Positions 39,355 through 54,477 of a DNA stretch of 64,000 bases are shown one piece after another. The notes beneath the pieces were generated by a model, which worked only from the letters and a program-made list of their open reading frames with translations, did no database searches and was not told where the DNA came from. Every line of letters starts with the position of its first letter. Within the stretch, counting starts at the first letter, position 1. The translations under genes and the position numbers were made by a program. Source of the DNA: the human T2T-CHM13v2.0 reference genome, Homo sapiens; NCBI RefSeq assembly GCF_009914755.1, contig NC_060935.1; one strand, given 5' to 3'.

Positions 39355-40849
39355 ATGTCATTGCATTTAATTCTTACCTCATCGTTGGTCACGGGTCCTA
39401 TAATTATCCCCATTTTACAGATGAGAGAAACTGAGACTGAAATGGCCCAAGTCCTGCATATTTATTTCTGCTTCCAAAACTTGAAACTACTTTGTACTTT
39501 GCAACCTGAAAGTTTTCTACCTCCTACCTCACAAAATACACGGTCTTAGAAAAAGCTGCACTCATTACAACAGACCTGTGATATCACAATGCCCTGCCAC
39601 ACTCTACTACGAATACACCATCTGCACCACAAAAATCAGCACCCGCTCTGTAACAGGTGGGATATCCTTTTACAGTAGATGGAATGCCCTGCTTGGTTGA
39701 TAAAATTGGCCCATCTTTCCTCCTTCCAGGACCTTCTACCAGCATCGCATTTCCTAAATCACTTCCTTTGAAAGAACACAGTCCTTCCAAAAAGCTCTCA
39801 AGCTGTATAAGTTTTGGCTGGACCCCATTCAAGACCAGTATTTTACACTTAATCTGCTTCTACATGGAGCAATCAGGATAAAGAGGATTTATGAGGAGTG
39901 CTTTCCCGGAGCCTGACCTTTCTCTCATGTTTTACCATTTATTTATAGTCTAGTGTCTTCAGCAAAGACATCCTGGGGCCTCCCGCTGTGTGATGCTATC
40001 AGATCACCCCTCGCTGCTGGAGCCGGTGTTCTTGGCTATGAAAGGAAGGGGTTGGGGCAAAGGCCAAGTACGAGGCCTTGAAGCTTCTGGCACCTCTGGG
40101 ATGACTTCTCAGTGACTTGCTGTGAACTGCTCCCCCACCACCTGCCTTGAGTAGACTCTGGCATTCTGTGGGCAATTTTTTCATGATCCCTAGAGCCCAG
40201 CCCTGCTTTCCTTCCTACATGGATGGCTCACCTGTTGATGACCAGTGCTTGAATTTAGCCTTGGAGATGGAGAGGGAGTGATGGAGGAGAAGAGACGTTT
40301 CAGTCCCAGATGAATTCATTTGGAAAAATAAGCCTCCAGAATTTGAGTAAATCTCCATATTATTCTGGAAGAGTTTCGGGTCTTTACAAAACCCAGGTAA
40401 CATCTGTGGATGCCCCATCTCTTCAAGGTCAAACACTCCATGATTATAGAGTGAAGGGTTTCCCGTGCAGTCTCTCCTAAGCCCCACATTCAGAGAGGCG
40501 GGGCTGCCCTCTGTGTACCTTCCTGGTGTCACCCCTCAGAGCAACTGGTTCTTTCCTCAAAAGAGTGTTTTCTTTTAAAGTTCACAGTGTTCACTTTTTT
40601 GTTTGTCTTTCTGTTTATGTGCTGCAAGGAGAACTCTGAATTCTGATTGCAATCCTACCAGTTAGATAGTTTTACATTCTTCCTGAAATTTTGCAGAGTT
40701 GCTTGTAGCATTGGGAAAATTGGACACCAGAATTTTTAGATCCCTGGGCCAACAAAGGGCATGGGCAGGGAGTAACCTGGTCTTCAGAGCACTCACAACT
40801 TCCCTTTTGTTAGCACTTGCAGACTTTCCCCCTTTTTGCAAGCTAGTAG

Positions 40850-41320
40850 TGTTTATTTTTCAATGAAATATTTCACTCATACAAACAGAAAACATAATGC
40901 ATGGATATTAAATAATATAAAATAAATACTCCCAGACCCATCACCCAACTTAAGAAATAGAATGTTCCCCAGATGGTGAAGCAGCTTCTGTGCCCCCCCA
41001 TTGGTGGTCCCTCCCCGCCAAGGGGATTTATATTTATTGTTTGAAAGCATACTTAGTAAAATAAATGCATTTTAGAAATTTGTGTGCATTTGAACTTCAT
41101 ATGAATAGTATCACATAGGGTAATTCTTTGGTGTCTTATGCTTTTCAGGCTCATCTGAATTGACGCAGGTAGTCATAGTTAATTAATTTTTGCCACAGAA
41201 TAGTATTCCATTATGTGACTATGCCAGCCATTACTTACCATTCCCCAGCCAGTGTATAATTGGTTGTTTCCCATTATGCTATTAAAAGTCAGGCTGCTAT
41301 AAATGTTCTTGGCCATGTTT
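40850..41320 (-). mobile_element. L1ME-type fragment
   Basis: CCATCACCCAACTTAAGAAATAGAA, TAGTATTCCATTATGTGACTATGCCA, GCTGCTATAAATGTTCTTG. Confidence 0.7.
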
Positions 41321-42789
41321 CCAAGGCTGGTAGGCAAGGGCCTCTGGGCCACAGCCCTGCATTTTAACCATCTTCTGCACATCCTCTTCTTCTCCACTTG
41401 GGTTCTCTCCTTCTTCAGTGACTGTTTCTGGTTATTATCCTCAGGGACTGTGCTGCACACTGGTGGTACACATGCCTTGGCCACTTCCGCTTTAGTGGAA
41501 TAACTAATGCTGTCATTCATGTTGATGACCTGGCTGAAACCCTGACACCGAATTCCTGCAGGTCAGCTGACCCACAGTGCCCGATCTTCCACCCTCTCCG
41601 CTGGACCACCCTTCTTCCCTGCCTCGAAAGCACTACCCTCTCCTCCTTTCCTCTGCCTTTTGGTCTCTGCTTTCTAAGACAAACCTTTTACCTGTCCTTT
41701 TGATTCTATCCCATGACCAAATTCCCAACTACCTTTCCCATCTATGTACTTTCAGTCTGTCATTTCACTACAAACCTGCTAACCATGGAATGATATCCCC
41801 ATCTCTCCCAAATCTTTGTTTTTTTAAACCTTAAACAATCATCTCACCTCTGCTTTCCCTGGAAAACCTCTGTGCTGCCTTTCTCGCTGATACCCAGGAC
41901 CTCTCATCATTTGACTCTCCCCCAGCCCTCTACAGAAGGTGCCTCCTGGGAGCTCACCTGAGGCCTCCCAAGGAGCGAATTCACAGACTTCTTATTCACC
42001 TCACTTGCTGAATGCACCACCTGCTCCTAAACGCCTCCTCCGGCCTGCACAGCATGTCACTGCTCTGACAGTCCCTTCGAACCCCATCATGGTTCGTCCT
42101 CTCTTCCTCTGTGTACTTCCCCTAAATTATACGTCAGAGGTATTATCCTTCCATTTTAACCTGGAGAAGTGGGGCTTGTCTGGGAAGCCTGCTGGGACCT
42201 TAGCAAAGGACAGGGTAAAAAGTCGTGTCATACTCAGGCTTGATCTGCAGACATTCCAGGGGAGAAATGGCAGCTGGGCCGGGCAGCCTCTTATTCAGAT
42301 GGCTAAGACATAGCCTCAGGCAACTGATAGCTATGTGGGTGAGGGTGCCCCAGCCACTCTGAACAAGACCCCAGACAGTAGGTGGAAGGTCTGGGGCTAT
42401 GGGCCTGGCTAGAGCTGGGCAGTAAGTCCAAGTTCTGATCAAGTAGGCTGGTGTTCAAGGCAGGCCGTGGGCTGAGCACATGAGCCAGGGGATCGCAGGA
42501 GGAAGCAAGACCCCACTGTCTAGTAGCCTCTTAGCATATGTGTCACAGTCTTCATTAGGACTGGCGTGGAAATAGGGCAGATGAGCCCGGCATTTCCAGT
42601 GCCAGCAGCATGGCTTACACCCTGAACTTCAGTGCTGTCAATTTCACGTGGGTGATCCGAGCCCTGGCCTGCCTGCCAGGCTGCCTGTCTCTCTCTTCCT
42701 CCCTCTCTCTTTCTCCAACTTGCAGAAAATTTGCAAGAACAGTAAAAAGCACCTTTCTTTCTTGCGGTTGTTTGAGAGAAAATTGGTGA

Positions 42790-43149
<360 letters not shown>

Positions 43150-44087
43150 GGACGTTCTTATCTGTAATCAAAACACCACCGTCAAACCCAGAAAATTAAC
43201 AGTTACGGAGTACTGTGATTTAGCTCTCAGACTCCATGTGAGATTTACCTCCTGTCCTAGTGAAGTATTTTACAGCAATGGGTTCTAACCGAGAATTAGT
43301 CTCCTCAGCCTTTCCCTGACTTTCATGATCTTGACAGTTTTGGAGATAACAAGTCCAGTTATTGTGTTGAATGTCTCTTAAGTTTGATTTGCTGATGTAG
43401 CCTCATCATTAGACATAAGGTGTGCACCTTTGGCAGGAATTGGTGCTGCATCCTTCTTGCCTACATAGGAGGTATACGATTGCAATTTGTCCCTTTACTA
43501 ATAAGGTTGACTTCGATCACTAGGTTGAGATGGTGTCTCTCAGAGGGGAAAAGTTACTTTTCCCTTCTTTGTAATTAATGAATATTTTATGGAAAGTTAC
43601 TTTGAGGTATTGTAAGTATCCTGTTCATCATCAAGCTTTCCATTTATTTCCCTATTTATTTATATCAGTATGGATTCATGGGTTCCTGTTTTATTCAACA
43701 AGTTATAATCCATTGTTATTTATGATCATTATTTATTTTGGTGCTTAAATTGTCCAAGATTTGGCCAGTGAGAGTTCCTTCAAGCTGGCTTTTGTGTCCT
43801 CTGGACTTGCGCCATCACTCTTTGTGCTTTTCCTTATTTTCTGGCAAAAAGAAAGATTGTTTCAGGGTCATCTTTTACTTTTCCTACCTCGCCCTGGAAT
43901 TAGCCATTTTGCCAAGGAATCATGGTTCTTTTCAGTGAAAAAATGGCATTTGGAAAAGAAAACCTGAGTGCTAGATGAGTTTACTGCCGTTGGGATGTTA
44001 CTGTTCCCAGCCCCCTCTCGGAGGGCAGAGCTAGACAATAAAAAAACACACATACACATATTTATATCTACATTGCAGCTAGGTAGG

Positions 44088-44117
<30 letters not shown>
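44088..44117. repeat. (TAGA)7 microsatellite
   Basis: Read directly, preceded by (TAGG)2. Confidence 0.9.
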
Positions 44118-44118
<1 letters not shown>

Positions 44119-44194
44119 CTATGAGTTCACACCTACATCTCTAATTCAAATCCACAGGGTTCATCCTCACTTTGTCTTTTGCTGTTGTGAGAAC

Positions 44195-44538
44195 TGTGAT
44201 GATTAATTTTATGTGTCAACCTGACTGGGCAGATATTTGATTAAATATTATTCTGGGTGTATCTGTGAGGGTGTTTCTGAGTAAAGTGGATGGCCCTCTC
44301 TGATGTGAGTGGGCCTCATCTAATCCGTTGAAGGCCTGAATAGAACAAAAAGGCTAAGTGAGAATTCACCTTTTCTGTGTGACTGTCTCTGAGCTAGAGC
44401 ATCCATCTTCTCCTGCCTTTGGACTCAAAATGGAAATACACCGTTGGCTCTCCTGGGTGTCCAGCTTGCCTATTCCAGATCTCGGAGCTTCTCAGCCTGC
44501 ATATCTGTGTGAGCCAATTCCTTATAATACATCACATC

Positions 44539-44614
<76 letters not shown>

Positions 44615-44694
44615 CATCCATCCATCTATCTACCCCTCTACCTATCATCTATCACCTATTGGTCCTATTTCTCTAGAGAACCCAGGTTAAAACC
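44195..44694 (+). mobile_element. MLT2-family (ERVL) solo LTR
   Basis: TGTGATGATTAATTTTATGTGTCAACCTGACTGGGC start; CCTATTGGTCCTATTTCTCTAGAGAACCC end. Confidence 0.9.
44540..44630. repeat. Compound STR (TATC)11 TAT (TATC)7 (CATC)3
   Basis: Counted directly, at the microsatellite-prone site of MLT2. Confidence 0.95.
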
Positions 44695-45329
44695 ATAACC
44701 CAGCAAACAGCCTGGCTTCCCTAATTCTCAATATATTTACTTATCTGACATATCCTCCTCTGTGTTAACAATTTCCTTTCACCTGCATCACCTGGCTGCC
44801 CCTGCATGGAGACCCTCCTCACCTCCCTGAGGCTCTGGCAGCCATTGCATGGGGCCACATTCCTGCACAGAGGGCCTCTTGTGGAGCCTGGGCCCTGGGA
44901 CCCCTCAGAAGGCCAGGGCACCCTCTTGTGCTGACACTGCCTCTGCCGGCTCAGGCTGTTGTGCCTCTGCTCTGCTGTGGGAGTGCCTACCTTGCTGCAC
45001 TCCACCAAAGCTTAGGACTGAGTTGTTCAGGAAAGAAAGGGAAGGGGAGAGAGGGGAAGGGCAGGGAGGAGGAGTGGTGGGGAAGAAAAAGAAGAGGAAC
45101 AGGAGGAGGAACCTGATTTTTCTTTTCAAATCTAGTTCCTTCCTTCCCAACTATTTATTTGTCACTACCTTTGATGTATCCTGTAGGTGCTTTAGAATCT
45201 ACGTATCTGAAACTGCTCACATTTCCTCTAGTAAAACCTTTCTCTCTTTACTTTCCTTTGCTGCTGGTGACAGTATAAGTTAATTTGATTCTTTCTGGGG
45301 GACAATTTTGTTTCAAAAGCCTTAAAAGC

Positions 45330-45790
45330 CCCCACATTTCCTTTGACTTCCAAATTACACTGTCAGGGATTTATTCTAAAGAAGTAATTAAAGATGTGTA
45401 GAGATATTTAGCTTCAAGGATATTAATTATAAGTAAAATTGGAACCCTGCGGAATGGTTAGCCTCAGGGAACAGACAGAGTAAGTTGTGGTAAATTCATA
45501 AATTAGAATTCTAAGTAATCAGTAAAATAATGCTGAATTACAATTATTGATGTGAAAAATGTATATTATATATTGTTGAGTGAAGAAAAGTCGTAAAATG
45601 GAATAATCCCAATTGCAATTAAAGTATTAGAAATATATAAGCATAGAGAAAGAAAACAGTATACCAAACAGGAATAGTAGCAATGACATTATGGTCATTT
45701 ATTTTTATTTCCCTTAATATGTTTTCAGATTTTTCTTCAACAAACACTTTTTGTGTATACAATAATCAAAAGCTACAAAAAGAAAAAAAA
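45330..45790 (+). mobile_element. L1ME-type 3' fragment
   Basis: CCTTTGACTTCCAAATTACACTGTCAGGGATTTATTCTAAAG, TTGTTGAGTGAAGAAAAG, A-rich end. Confidence 0.7.
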
Positions 45791-46844
45791 ACCCATGTTT
45801 TTGTCTTGACTTTGCTATTTCTGTTAATAGCACAGGCATTCTTGAAGTCATGGAACCCTTGGCATGAACATTGACAGCTCCCTCTCGCCTGTCACGGAGT
45901 CCTGTTCACGATATTCCTTGGGGCATACCTTTCTCTCTGTCTGCGGGCCGCCTCTGCAGCTCAGGCCTCGCAGCCTCACACCTGGACTATTGCCCCGGCT
46001 CCCATTGCATTACCTTGACTGAGCTTTCTGCTCCACCCTGACCCAGGCAGCCAGAGTATCGCCCTGGGGAAGTTCTTTGATCACAGCTTCCTCTGCCGAA
46101 ATGCAGAAACGTTAGTGGATCTCCCTTCTTTCTGAATCTGGGCTGCATTCCTTAGCCCAGCCCTCTATCGCCTGGTTGCAGCCAGTGTTGCCTTGTCCTT
46201 GTTTCACACTCAGACTCTGCTCCCACAAACGTGTTCTGGCTTCTCTTTCTTTGGTTTGACATTTTCCTCCTTCTCTGGTCTGCTCAATCACTGGCCGTTC
46301 TGGAGTTACTTTCCCTCCGCCCTTGCTCCTGCCTCATTCTTCAGTGCCTCACTCAAATATCATCTCTTATGTGATACCTCTCCCTGTAGTCCCCACTGGG
46401 TGCAATTTTCCCATCTCTGAACAATGTAGCACTGTGTGCCACTCCCATTTTCTTCCTATGGAATAAAGATGTACCATCTTCGGCTCTCTCTTTTTTCTTT
46501 TGTTTAGGCCAGCTCTCTTCCCCTGTGGCACAGTCTGTCCACTCCAGAGGCCGAGTCTTCTTCCTTGGAATTCCTTATCCTTGGCTCATCTTCCTGTCCA
46601 TTTCATGCACTAATCTAGGTTGGAGAAAACCAGACATTGAGATCATAAAATTTGGACCTGATCTTTTAAATTTTTCTTGAAATTGCCTACTCCTCAATCC
46701 ACTAAAGTCTAGTTTCTAACCCCTTAGATGCTATCAACATTGGACTAGCAAAGGTCATCAATAAGGTGATGAAAAAAAAAGGTTTCTGTTTGTTAAATCC
46801 AGCAGACTCATGGGTGTTAGGGGCACAGCCCAAGTGGGCTTCCT

Positions 46845-47590
46845 CTGCCACTGGACAGGCTAGAGTCCAAGTCCCAGCCTCCCCTTGCACTGTCTCTATC
46901 TTGTGCAAGTCACATACGTTCTTCAAGAACCAGTTTCCTCATCCACTAAGTGGAGATAAATAATAATAGCACAATTTTTAATAATTGTAAAAATTAAATG
47001 AGACAGTGTTCATAGAATGTTCACACAGTGTTGAACGCCATGAAGTGCTCTGCAAATATGAGCTACTGCTATTATCACAACCATAAAGTTAAAATCGTTA
47101 TACTGGCCTCTGCCTACCCTTTACCCTCACTGCGTATTGCAGCCCTTTCCTCCTGCGTATCCAAGGCACTTTATGCTTCAGTTACAGCAAGATGCAGATA
47201 GCTTCCCAAATGCACTCACTCTGCCCCATCTCTGAGTCTTTGTGCTTGCTCTTCCTTTGACCAAGGATATCCTTCCCCCATCCCTTACTTGCCTGGTAGA
47301 CTCCTATCCACCTATTCCTTCCCTCTTTTGAAACCAAATTCATGTGTTGCTTCCTAGCAAAAGCCTTCCCTTCTCTTCCCCGAGAATGGGATTTACTTCC
47401 TCCTCTGTGCAATCTTTGCGCCTTGTAAATATTTCCATTGTTGCACTTATCACATGTTATGAAATCTTATGTGTTTACCTTGTCACCCTCCAACTGTAAA
47501 ATCCTAGACTCCGCTTCTGTTTCGGTATTCAGTATCTACCACAGTGCACGGCACACATTAGGCCCTCAACAATATTTGCTGAATGAAAAA
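46845..47590 (+). mobile_element. MIR (46845-47080) followed by L2 (47080-47590)
   Basis: CAGTTTCCTCATCCACTAAGTGGAGATAA; L2 end GGCACACATTAGGCCCTCAACAATATTTGCTGAATGAA. Confidence 0.7.
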
Positions 47591-48431
47591 AACATGGGAG
47601 GAGGCAAAACTCAGAAGTGGCAGAGCCAGGAATTAAAACCAGGACCTCTTACTCCTGACCCCATGTTCTCCCGCGGACATCCCCCAAGAGTCACGGACGC
47701 GGTGAGACAATTTTGCAGGTTGTCTTCTAATGTCTCATGGTCTTGGATTGACCTGAGAGTGAGATTTACTGCCCAGTGATAGGAAAGCTTCAGCCTCTAG
47801 CTCATCTCAAAGGAGTTGCACAGGGAAGGGACTAAAGCGCCTCAGAAAACAGTGGGCATGTGGAAGGCTCTGAGGCTGCAGGCAGGAACCTCAAAGACCC
47901 CATCCAAAGCAAAATGAAAACTCTTTGTAAAGCTCAGTAAAAAAAGAGAGACATTAAAAAAATTGATATTAATGTGATCTCCAGGCGGTGTTTATTGAAA
48001 CAATCTTAGGTTCATAATCAAAACAATGTTTTATCATTTCCCCTCCAGGCTGGTCACAAGCTACAAACTGGATCATTTGACACATCTCTCGTGCACTCGA
48101 AACTCAAATTGAAACTCTGCCATTTTAACCGTACAAAGTAAAATAACTTTTCAAAGCCCCACATATATATTTTTCTGATTCATCCTTTTGATATTTTACT
48201 TGGACCAAAACCCGAATTCACTTGGTTTCCTCCAAGCACATATTTGGGCTACTTCCATCATTGTTCTTGGAAATGATTTTTCCTTTAGACATAGTGTACA
48301 CTGGATATACAACCTGGTCAACACCATCACAGGCCACAGCAGTGACTCCCTCGTGGGCTGTCAGGAGCATCCTTAAAATATTATGTCTCCACAAAGGATG
48401 AGCAACTGGTTAGTTGTGCAATGTTCAGGAA

Positions 48432-48434
<3 letters not shown>

Positions 48435-48470
<36 letters not shown>
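48435..48470. repeat. (GT)18 microsatellite
   Basis: Counted directly. Confidence 0.97.
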
Positions 48471-48472
<2 letters not shown>

Positions 48473-48869
48473 ATGTCAGCAGGAGTGAGCTTTGTGTCTG
48501 CTGGGGAAAATGCTGGGTAAGCATGTTTTTCAGAGGGTTTGCAGAATTTCTGTGGCTTGTTTGCTGATATGAACGAATGACAGAATATGTTTTGGGAAGA
48601 TATGTGGGTATGTTTTCATTTATCTTAGGGAGGAATCCTAAGTACAGGAGACTTAACATTGGGAGACGTTGTGTCTCCTGGGTGGTGTTGGCAGGGGCTA
48701 TTTGTTAGGAGAATATGAAAAGCTCATCAAAACTGGGCAAAGTTTTACTTTATTGTCTTAGAGGAAGAAAAATCAACTTGTTCCACTGGTATGGGATTTG
48801 ACCACGGCAGCTTCCAGGAACTGGGATGGCCTGTCTGGGGCAGGAGCAGGGAGAATGGAGCCAGCTACG

Positions 48870-49279
48870 TGGATTAGTCCATTTTGCATTGCCATAAAGG
48901 AATGCCTGAGAGTGGGTGATTTAGAAAGAAAAGAGGTTGATTTGGCTCATGGTTCTGCAGGCTGTACAAGCATGGCAGCAGCATCACTTGGCTTCTGGGG
49001 AGGCCTCAGGAAGCTTTATTCCCAGTGGAAGGTGAAGGGGAGCAGGTGTGTCACATGGTAAGAGAGGGAGCAAGAGAGAGGAGGAAGTTCCAGGCTCTTC
49101 AAAACCCCCAGCTCTCATGCGAACAGTGAGAGCTCACTCATTCCTGTGAGGGGGGCACCAAGCCATTCGTGAGGGACCCACTCGCATGATCTAGACACCT
49201 CCCACCAGGCCTCACCTCCAACACTGGGGGCCACATTTCAGCATGAGATTTGGAGAGGACAAACTTCCAAACCACATCA
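48870..49279 (-). mobile_element. MSTB-type MaLR solo LTR
   Basis: TGGATTAGTCC...CCACATCA termini; TSD CTACG / CTATG (CpG decay). Confidence 0.9.
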
Positions 49280-49599
49280 CTATGCTTTCACCTGAAGTCA
49301 AGCTGCCAAACTCTTTGTTGTCCCTGGTCATCTAACGAGTCCACTGGCATGTACCCCACTCCTTCGTGTACCCCATTTCTGGCCCAAGCTCCCTCACATC
49401 AGGTTCCCACCTCCTCACCTGCCTGTGGCTGATCTTTGCCCCTTCTCCCTTATTCTTGGTCCCTTCTTTCCCAGTTTTCTCTCTCTTTGTGGTTGGTCCT
49501 GGCTATCTGCTTCTCCTCTCATTGTCTGCTCCACTGCAATCCACCCCATGCTTTTTTATTTCTGCCCTGATTTTTCCTACTGCTTCCTACCTCTGTTCA

Positions 49600-50119
<520 letters not shown>

Positions 50120-50804
50120 CTAATACACAACGGGGTGATCAGAGCCAGTGAAGCCATACTGCTGCCTCTGGCTCATTGCAGTCCGTTTTTAATAAAGGCT
50201 ACAGCTGGACACAGTAAGCAGAGGAACTCGAAGTTCCGCCCAGTGCTGAGATTCTATGGTTTGCAGGATATTACAGCTGTAATATTTTAAATACTTTAAA
50301 ATCATGAATACGTATCAGTTTTAATTGATCCAGGCCTAATCTTAGCTAGAAGGAAGAAGGCCCGGCCACTATCTGAGCTCTGTTGAGCTATTTGACAGGC
50401 TTGCCTGTCCTCTTGGCACTGCTGCCGCCGGAGCCAGGGAACTCTAGCACACCCAGAACTTTCACGGAGGCCAGAGTTGCTGCTTTCCAATTCCTCCCAC
50501 AGTTTAGGGAGGCGATGAGATATCGGTGCTCTCATTCCATGTTGCTGTGACTTCCAAACATCATAAAGCAAACTGAGAATGGCCCTGGCCGAGCCGTCAG
50601 CCCCAGCCTTGCTGTACTTCTGGTCCGGAAGAGACCGGATGGGAAGCCTCCAGGTTCTCAGCTAGGGTAGGTCGTATGCACCTGGATGTCAGCATCTCCT
50701 CTAGTTCCTGAGGGGCCTCCTTCCTAGGCTCTTCCACCAGAATCCAAGTTGCTACCAGGCACAGCACTGCATATATTTCTTGGCTTGACTAGCTTTTGCC
50801 CAAG

Positions 50805-51251
50805 TGTGATGGTTAATTTTTCTGTGTCAATGTGGCTAGACCACCATACTCAGCTATTTTGTCAAGCACATCTGAATGTTGCTGTGAAGATATTTCTCAG
50901 ATGAGATTAACATTTAAATCACTAGACTGAGTAGATCACATGAAAATATGGGTGGACCTCATCCAATCCTGTGAAAGCCTTAAGAGCAAACACACTGACA
51001 TCCCCAAGGAAGAGGAATCTCAGCCTCCAGACGACCTTCAGAAACAAGACTGCAACATCGACTTTTCCTCAGTCTCCAGAATGCCAGCCCATCCTGTAGC
51101 TTTAGGACTTGCCAGTCTCCACTGTCCTGTGAGTCCATTCCTTAAAATAAATCCCCCCAACGCTGCTGTGAGTGCACGCATGCATGTGCACACACAAAGA
51201 CACACAGACACACACACACACACACACTATTTGCTCTGGGGGGCTAATATG
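50805..51251 (+). mobile_element. MLT2D-like ERVL solo LTR with internal (CA)n
   Basis: TGTGATGGTTAATTTT start, GATGAGATTAACATTTAAATC, TSD CCAAG / CCAGG. Confidence 0.88.
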
Positions 51252-51406
51252 CCAGGTGAGGCCCAATCTAGACACAGCACAAGGTGGTCTTTCTTTCATT
51301 GTTTAATTTATTGCTGCCACAAGATCCTTAAAGCAACTCATTGAGTGTCCAGGATTAAATTAGCTCTTGGATGGTTGACTGCTGGTAACTAGGAGCTATC
51401 GGCCTT

Positions 51407-51508
51407 TAGGGTGACCAACATCCTGGTTTGCATGGGCTGAGGGATTTCTTGAGCTGTGGGAGCTTCTAGGGGTAAAACTGGGAAACCTAAATAAATCAGT
51501 CAACCCAA
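51407..51508. mobile_element. MER81-like hAT MITE
   Basis: TAGGGTGACCAAC...GGTTTGC...GAGGGATTTC...TAAAACTGGGAAA...GTCAACCC. Confidence 0.75.
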
Positions 51509-52723
51509 CCACTTCAGCAATTTGGGCAACTGGGTTTTATCCATTCAAATGCCTAAAATTTTTGAGACTGCACCTCTGGTGTACTTACTAAGAAACTGTT
51601 GTGCCTAACGTCTCCAGATCTTGGTTGTTGATGCAACAAGCACACAACCCCTGTCACAGACATGCCATTTTAAGGCCCTGGTGTTGCATCCAAGAACCAC
51701 TCAGAGCCTTACATAAACATATCTTCTAATGTCCCCAAAGCACTTTAATGATGAGTGTGCCTCTTGCCAGCAAGCACATTTACATGCTGGCTGTGGAGTA
51801 TTCTTAGGATTCTCACTGCTGGCTGCCACAAGCCACGGCCGACCCTGCTTAGGTTCTTTTCTGTGCTTGGGAGCCACAGCTGTGTATCTCTGAACCCTTC
51901 TTTCTCAAATGCTAGTGCTCTGTGACTTCCAGTTTTCTGGCAAATTCACCGTTGCCCGGCATGAGCCCTCCAAGTGCCCTTCTTGTGGTTAGCTCCAAAG
52001 CTGAATGTCTGTGTGCAAGCCCCTTAATAGAATCTAGACAAGATCAGGCCTCTCCCTCTGCCAAACCCCTTTCTGTGTGGACACAGTTTCTTGACGGCCC
52101 AATCTGTAAGACTGGACAATGGAGAAAGTCAGCGTTTAAGAGGTTAATGCCCCTCGCCCGATTGCCCCACTTCTCTCCTTCCTGGGTGGTGTGAGTTGGG
52201 GCCTCTCAGAGACTGAAGTCTAGAGGGCCCTCAGGCATTCAGGCCCTCCGAGCCCAAACAGTTCCACATGGCATGTGGGTTTTGATGTGAGAAGCTGCAC
52301 ATAGGAGATGAGTGTGTTGCTATTTATCAGACACTAAACTCCTTGCTCAGAAAAGCCAAGCCCCTGCACTCTCGCCCCATTAGAGTTGCTGGCCATGAAA
52401 CATACTCATCCGCGGAGCCACAGATAACTGCGGGTGGAAGTTGAGACCCTCGATGACCTCTGTGGCAGGTACTGTGTCAGGCACTCCACTCTGGGCAGTA
52501 GATAACACCACCACCATTTTACCAATGAGGAAATGGACTCAGATTAAGTGGTATGTTTGGTGTCACAGTAAGCAAGCAGTGAAGCTAGGCTTTGATCCCA
52601 AGTTTCTCTGACTCACTCCAAAGACCAGAGTCCTTCCTCTGATGCTTCACAGCTTAACAACATGCAGATACATGACATGTTCCAATCTCAACTTCATCCT
52701 CTGTGGACTCAGAATTAGGATGG

Positions 52724-53202
52724 CGTGATAGATTGTTAAATATGACCACAGATTCCTCCCATCCCCGTGTGCATGTCCTGTGCACGGCAAGTTTGCTGTT
52801 TCTGCCACCATGAAGTGGAGGCTTACTTCACTCCTTCAAACTGGGCTTGGCCAGGGAGCTAGTTTTGGTGAACGTGATGTTAGCAAATGTGATGGGACAT
52901 GAGGCTTGCCAGGTGCTTGTGCATTGGGACTTGCCTTCTCTTGCTGCTGCAGACCCTTCCTCCCCCACAGAGCAGCTAGAGGCATAAAGCGTAGGCAGCA
53001 GCTAGCACCAACTGCCAGGAGGGCAGATGATGCCATCTTAGACCAGCCAGCCCCCAGCTGATCCTCCAGCTGACTAGAGCTGCATGAATGATTCAGGAGA
53101 GACTAGGAGAAGAACTGCTCAGCTCAACCCAACTTAATTATGTATAGATTTGTGAGCTGATAAATCACTGGGCTGGCTTGTTATACAGCAATAACTGGTA
53201 TG
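52724..53202 (+). mobile_element. MLT1G/H-type MaLR solo LTR
   Basis: GCCATCTTAGACCAGCCAGCCCC, GAAGAACTGCTCAGCT, GTTATACAGCAATAACTG; probable TSD GATGG / GAGGG. Confidence 0.8.
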
Positions 53203-53825
53203 GAGGGTAACACCCTCCCTTGGGCATAGGAACTGCAGAGGTGCATGTGTGCGCACACACACACACACACACACACCATCCCATGTTGATTTAGCTACTT
53301 GGTTGATTTCACTACTTGGGAGAAGGCCGACCACTAAACGCTCAGAGAGTGCCCCACCTGGATGGCTGTGCCTTTGTTTCCTATCTTTCTGTCACTTCCC
53401 ATTACTTTCTTGTTTCAGACTCTTTGTGCCAAAGTCCCTGTGTTGGCGGGGGGTTGGGGAGGGGGCTGGTGATCGAGGGGGTGGCACTCAGCATTTCGCT
53501 GGGACTCATTGCCCCTCTATAGGATAATGGGATAATGGATTAGTTCTCTCGCTCATTGTTGGGCCTTGCACATTCTAGAGCCTCAGACCTTGCAAGAATT
53601 CACTGTTTTTCCTTCTTTCCGTTAAGCTCTGGGTTCAGCGGTTTTTGCTGGGTTTTGGGGAGGAGAGGATAGTGGGAGTGACAGGAAGATAGACTCTGAT
53701 TTCCCCATGAACGAGGATGAGATGAGCTAGAAAATGATGAAGAACTTCCACTCCAGGGTAGAGTTGATTTGTCTATAAGAATAAAGATTAATTTCTCCCA
53801 TACTCATTCTGCCCTCTGCTCATCT

Positions 53826-54136
<311 letters not shown>

Positions 54137-54477
54137 TGCTCATCTAGTTTTTAAGAGAAGTTTGTATTCCCCTTATCCTTATGAATGTAACATAGGCCTT
54201 ATTTCTTATGAATAAAACCCTTGTCTAATTAAGTTTTCTGTCTGGTAAAAACAATGCCAAAGGTATAAATGTCCCTTCCCTCCCAATAATAGACCTGTTG
54301 ATTGAGTAGGTTTATTGTTGTTATTATTATGTGATGTTAATGCACCTAAGCAGTGTCTTAGATTGTCCAAAGAAAGCATCAACGTATCTCAGATTATCCA
54401 TGTTTCGTACTTTTTTAAAAAAGAAAGTAAGACGTGGTTTGATATTTTTGCTGAAATCACCCAGCAACCATCTACAA

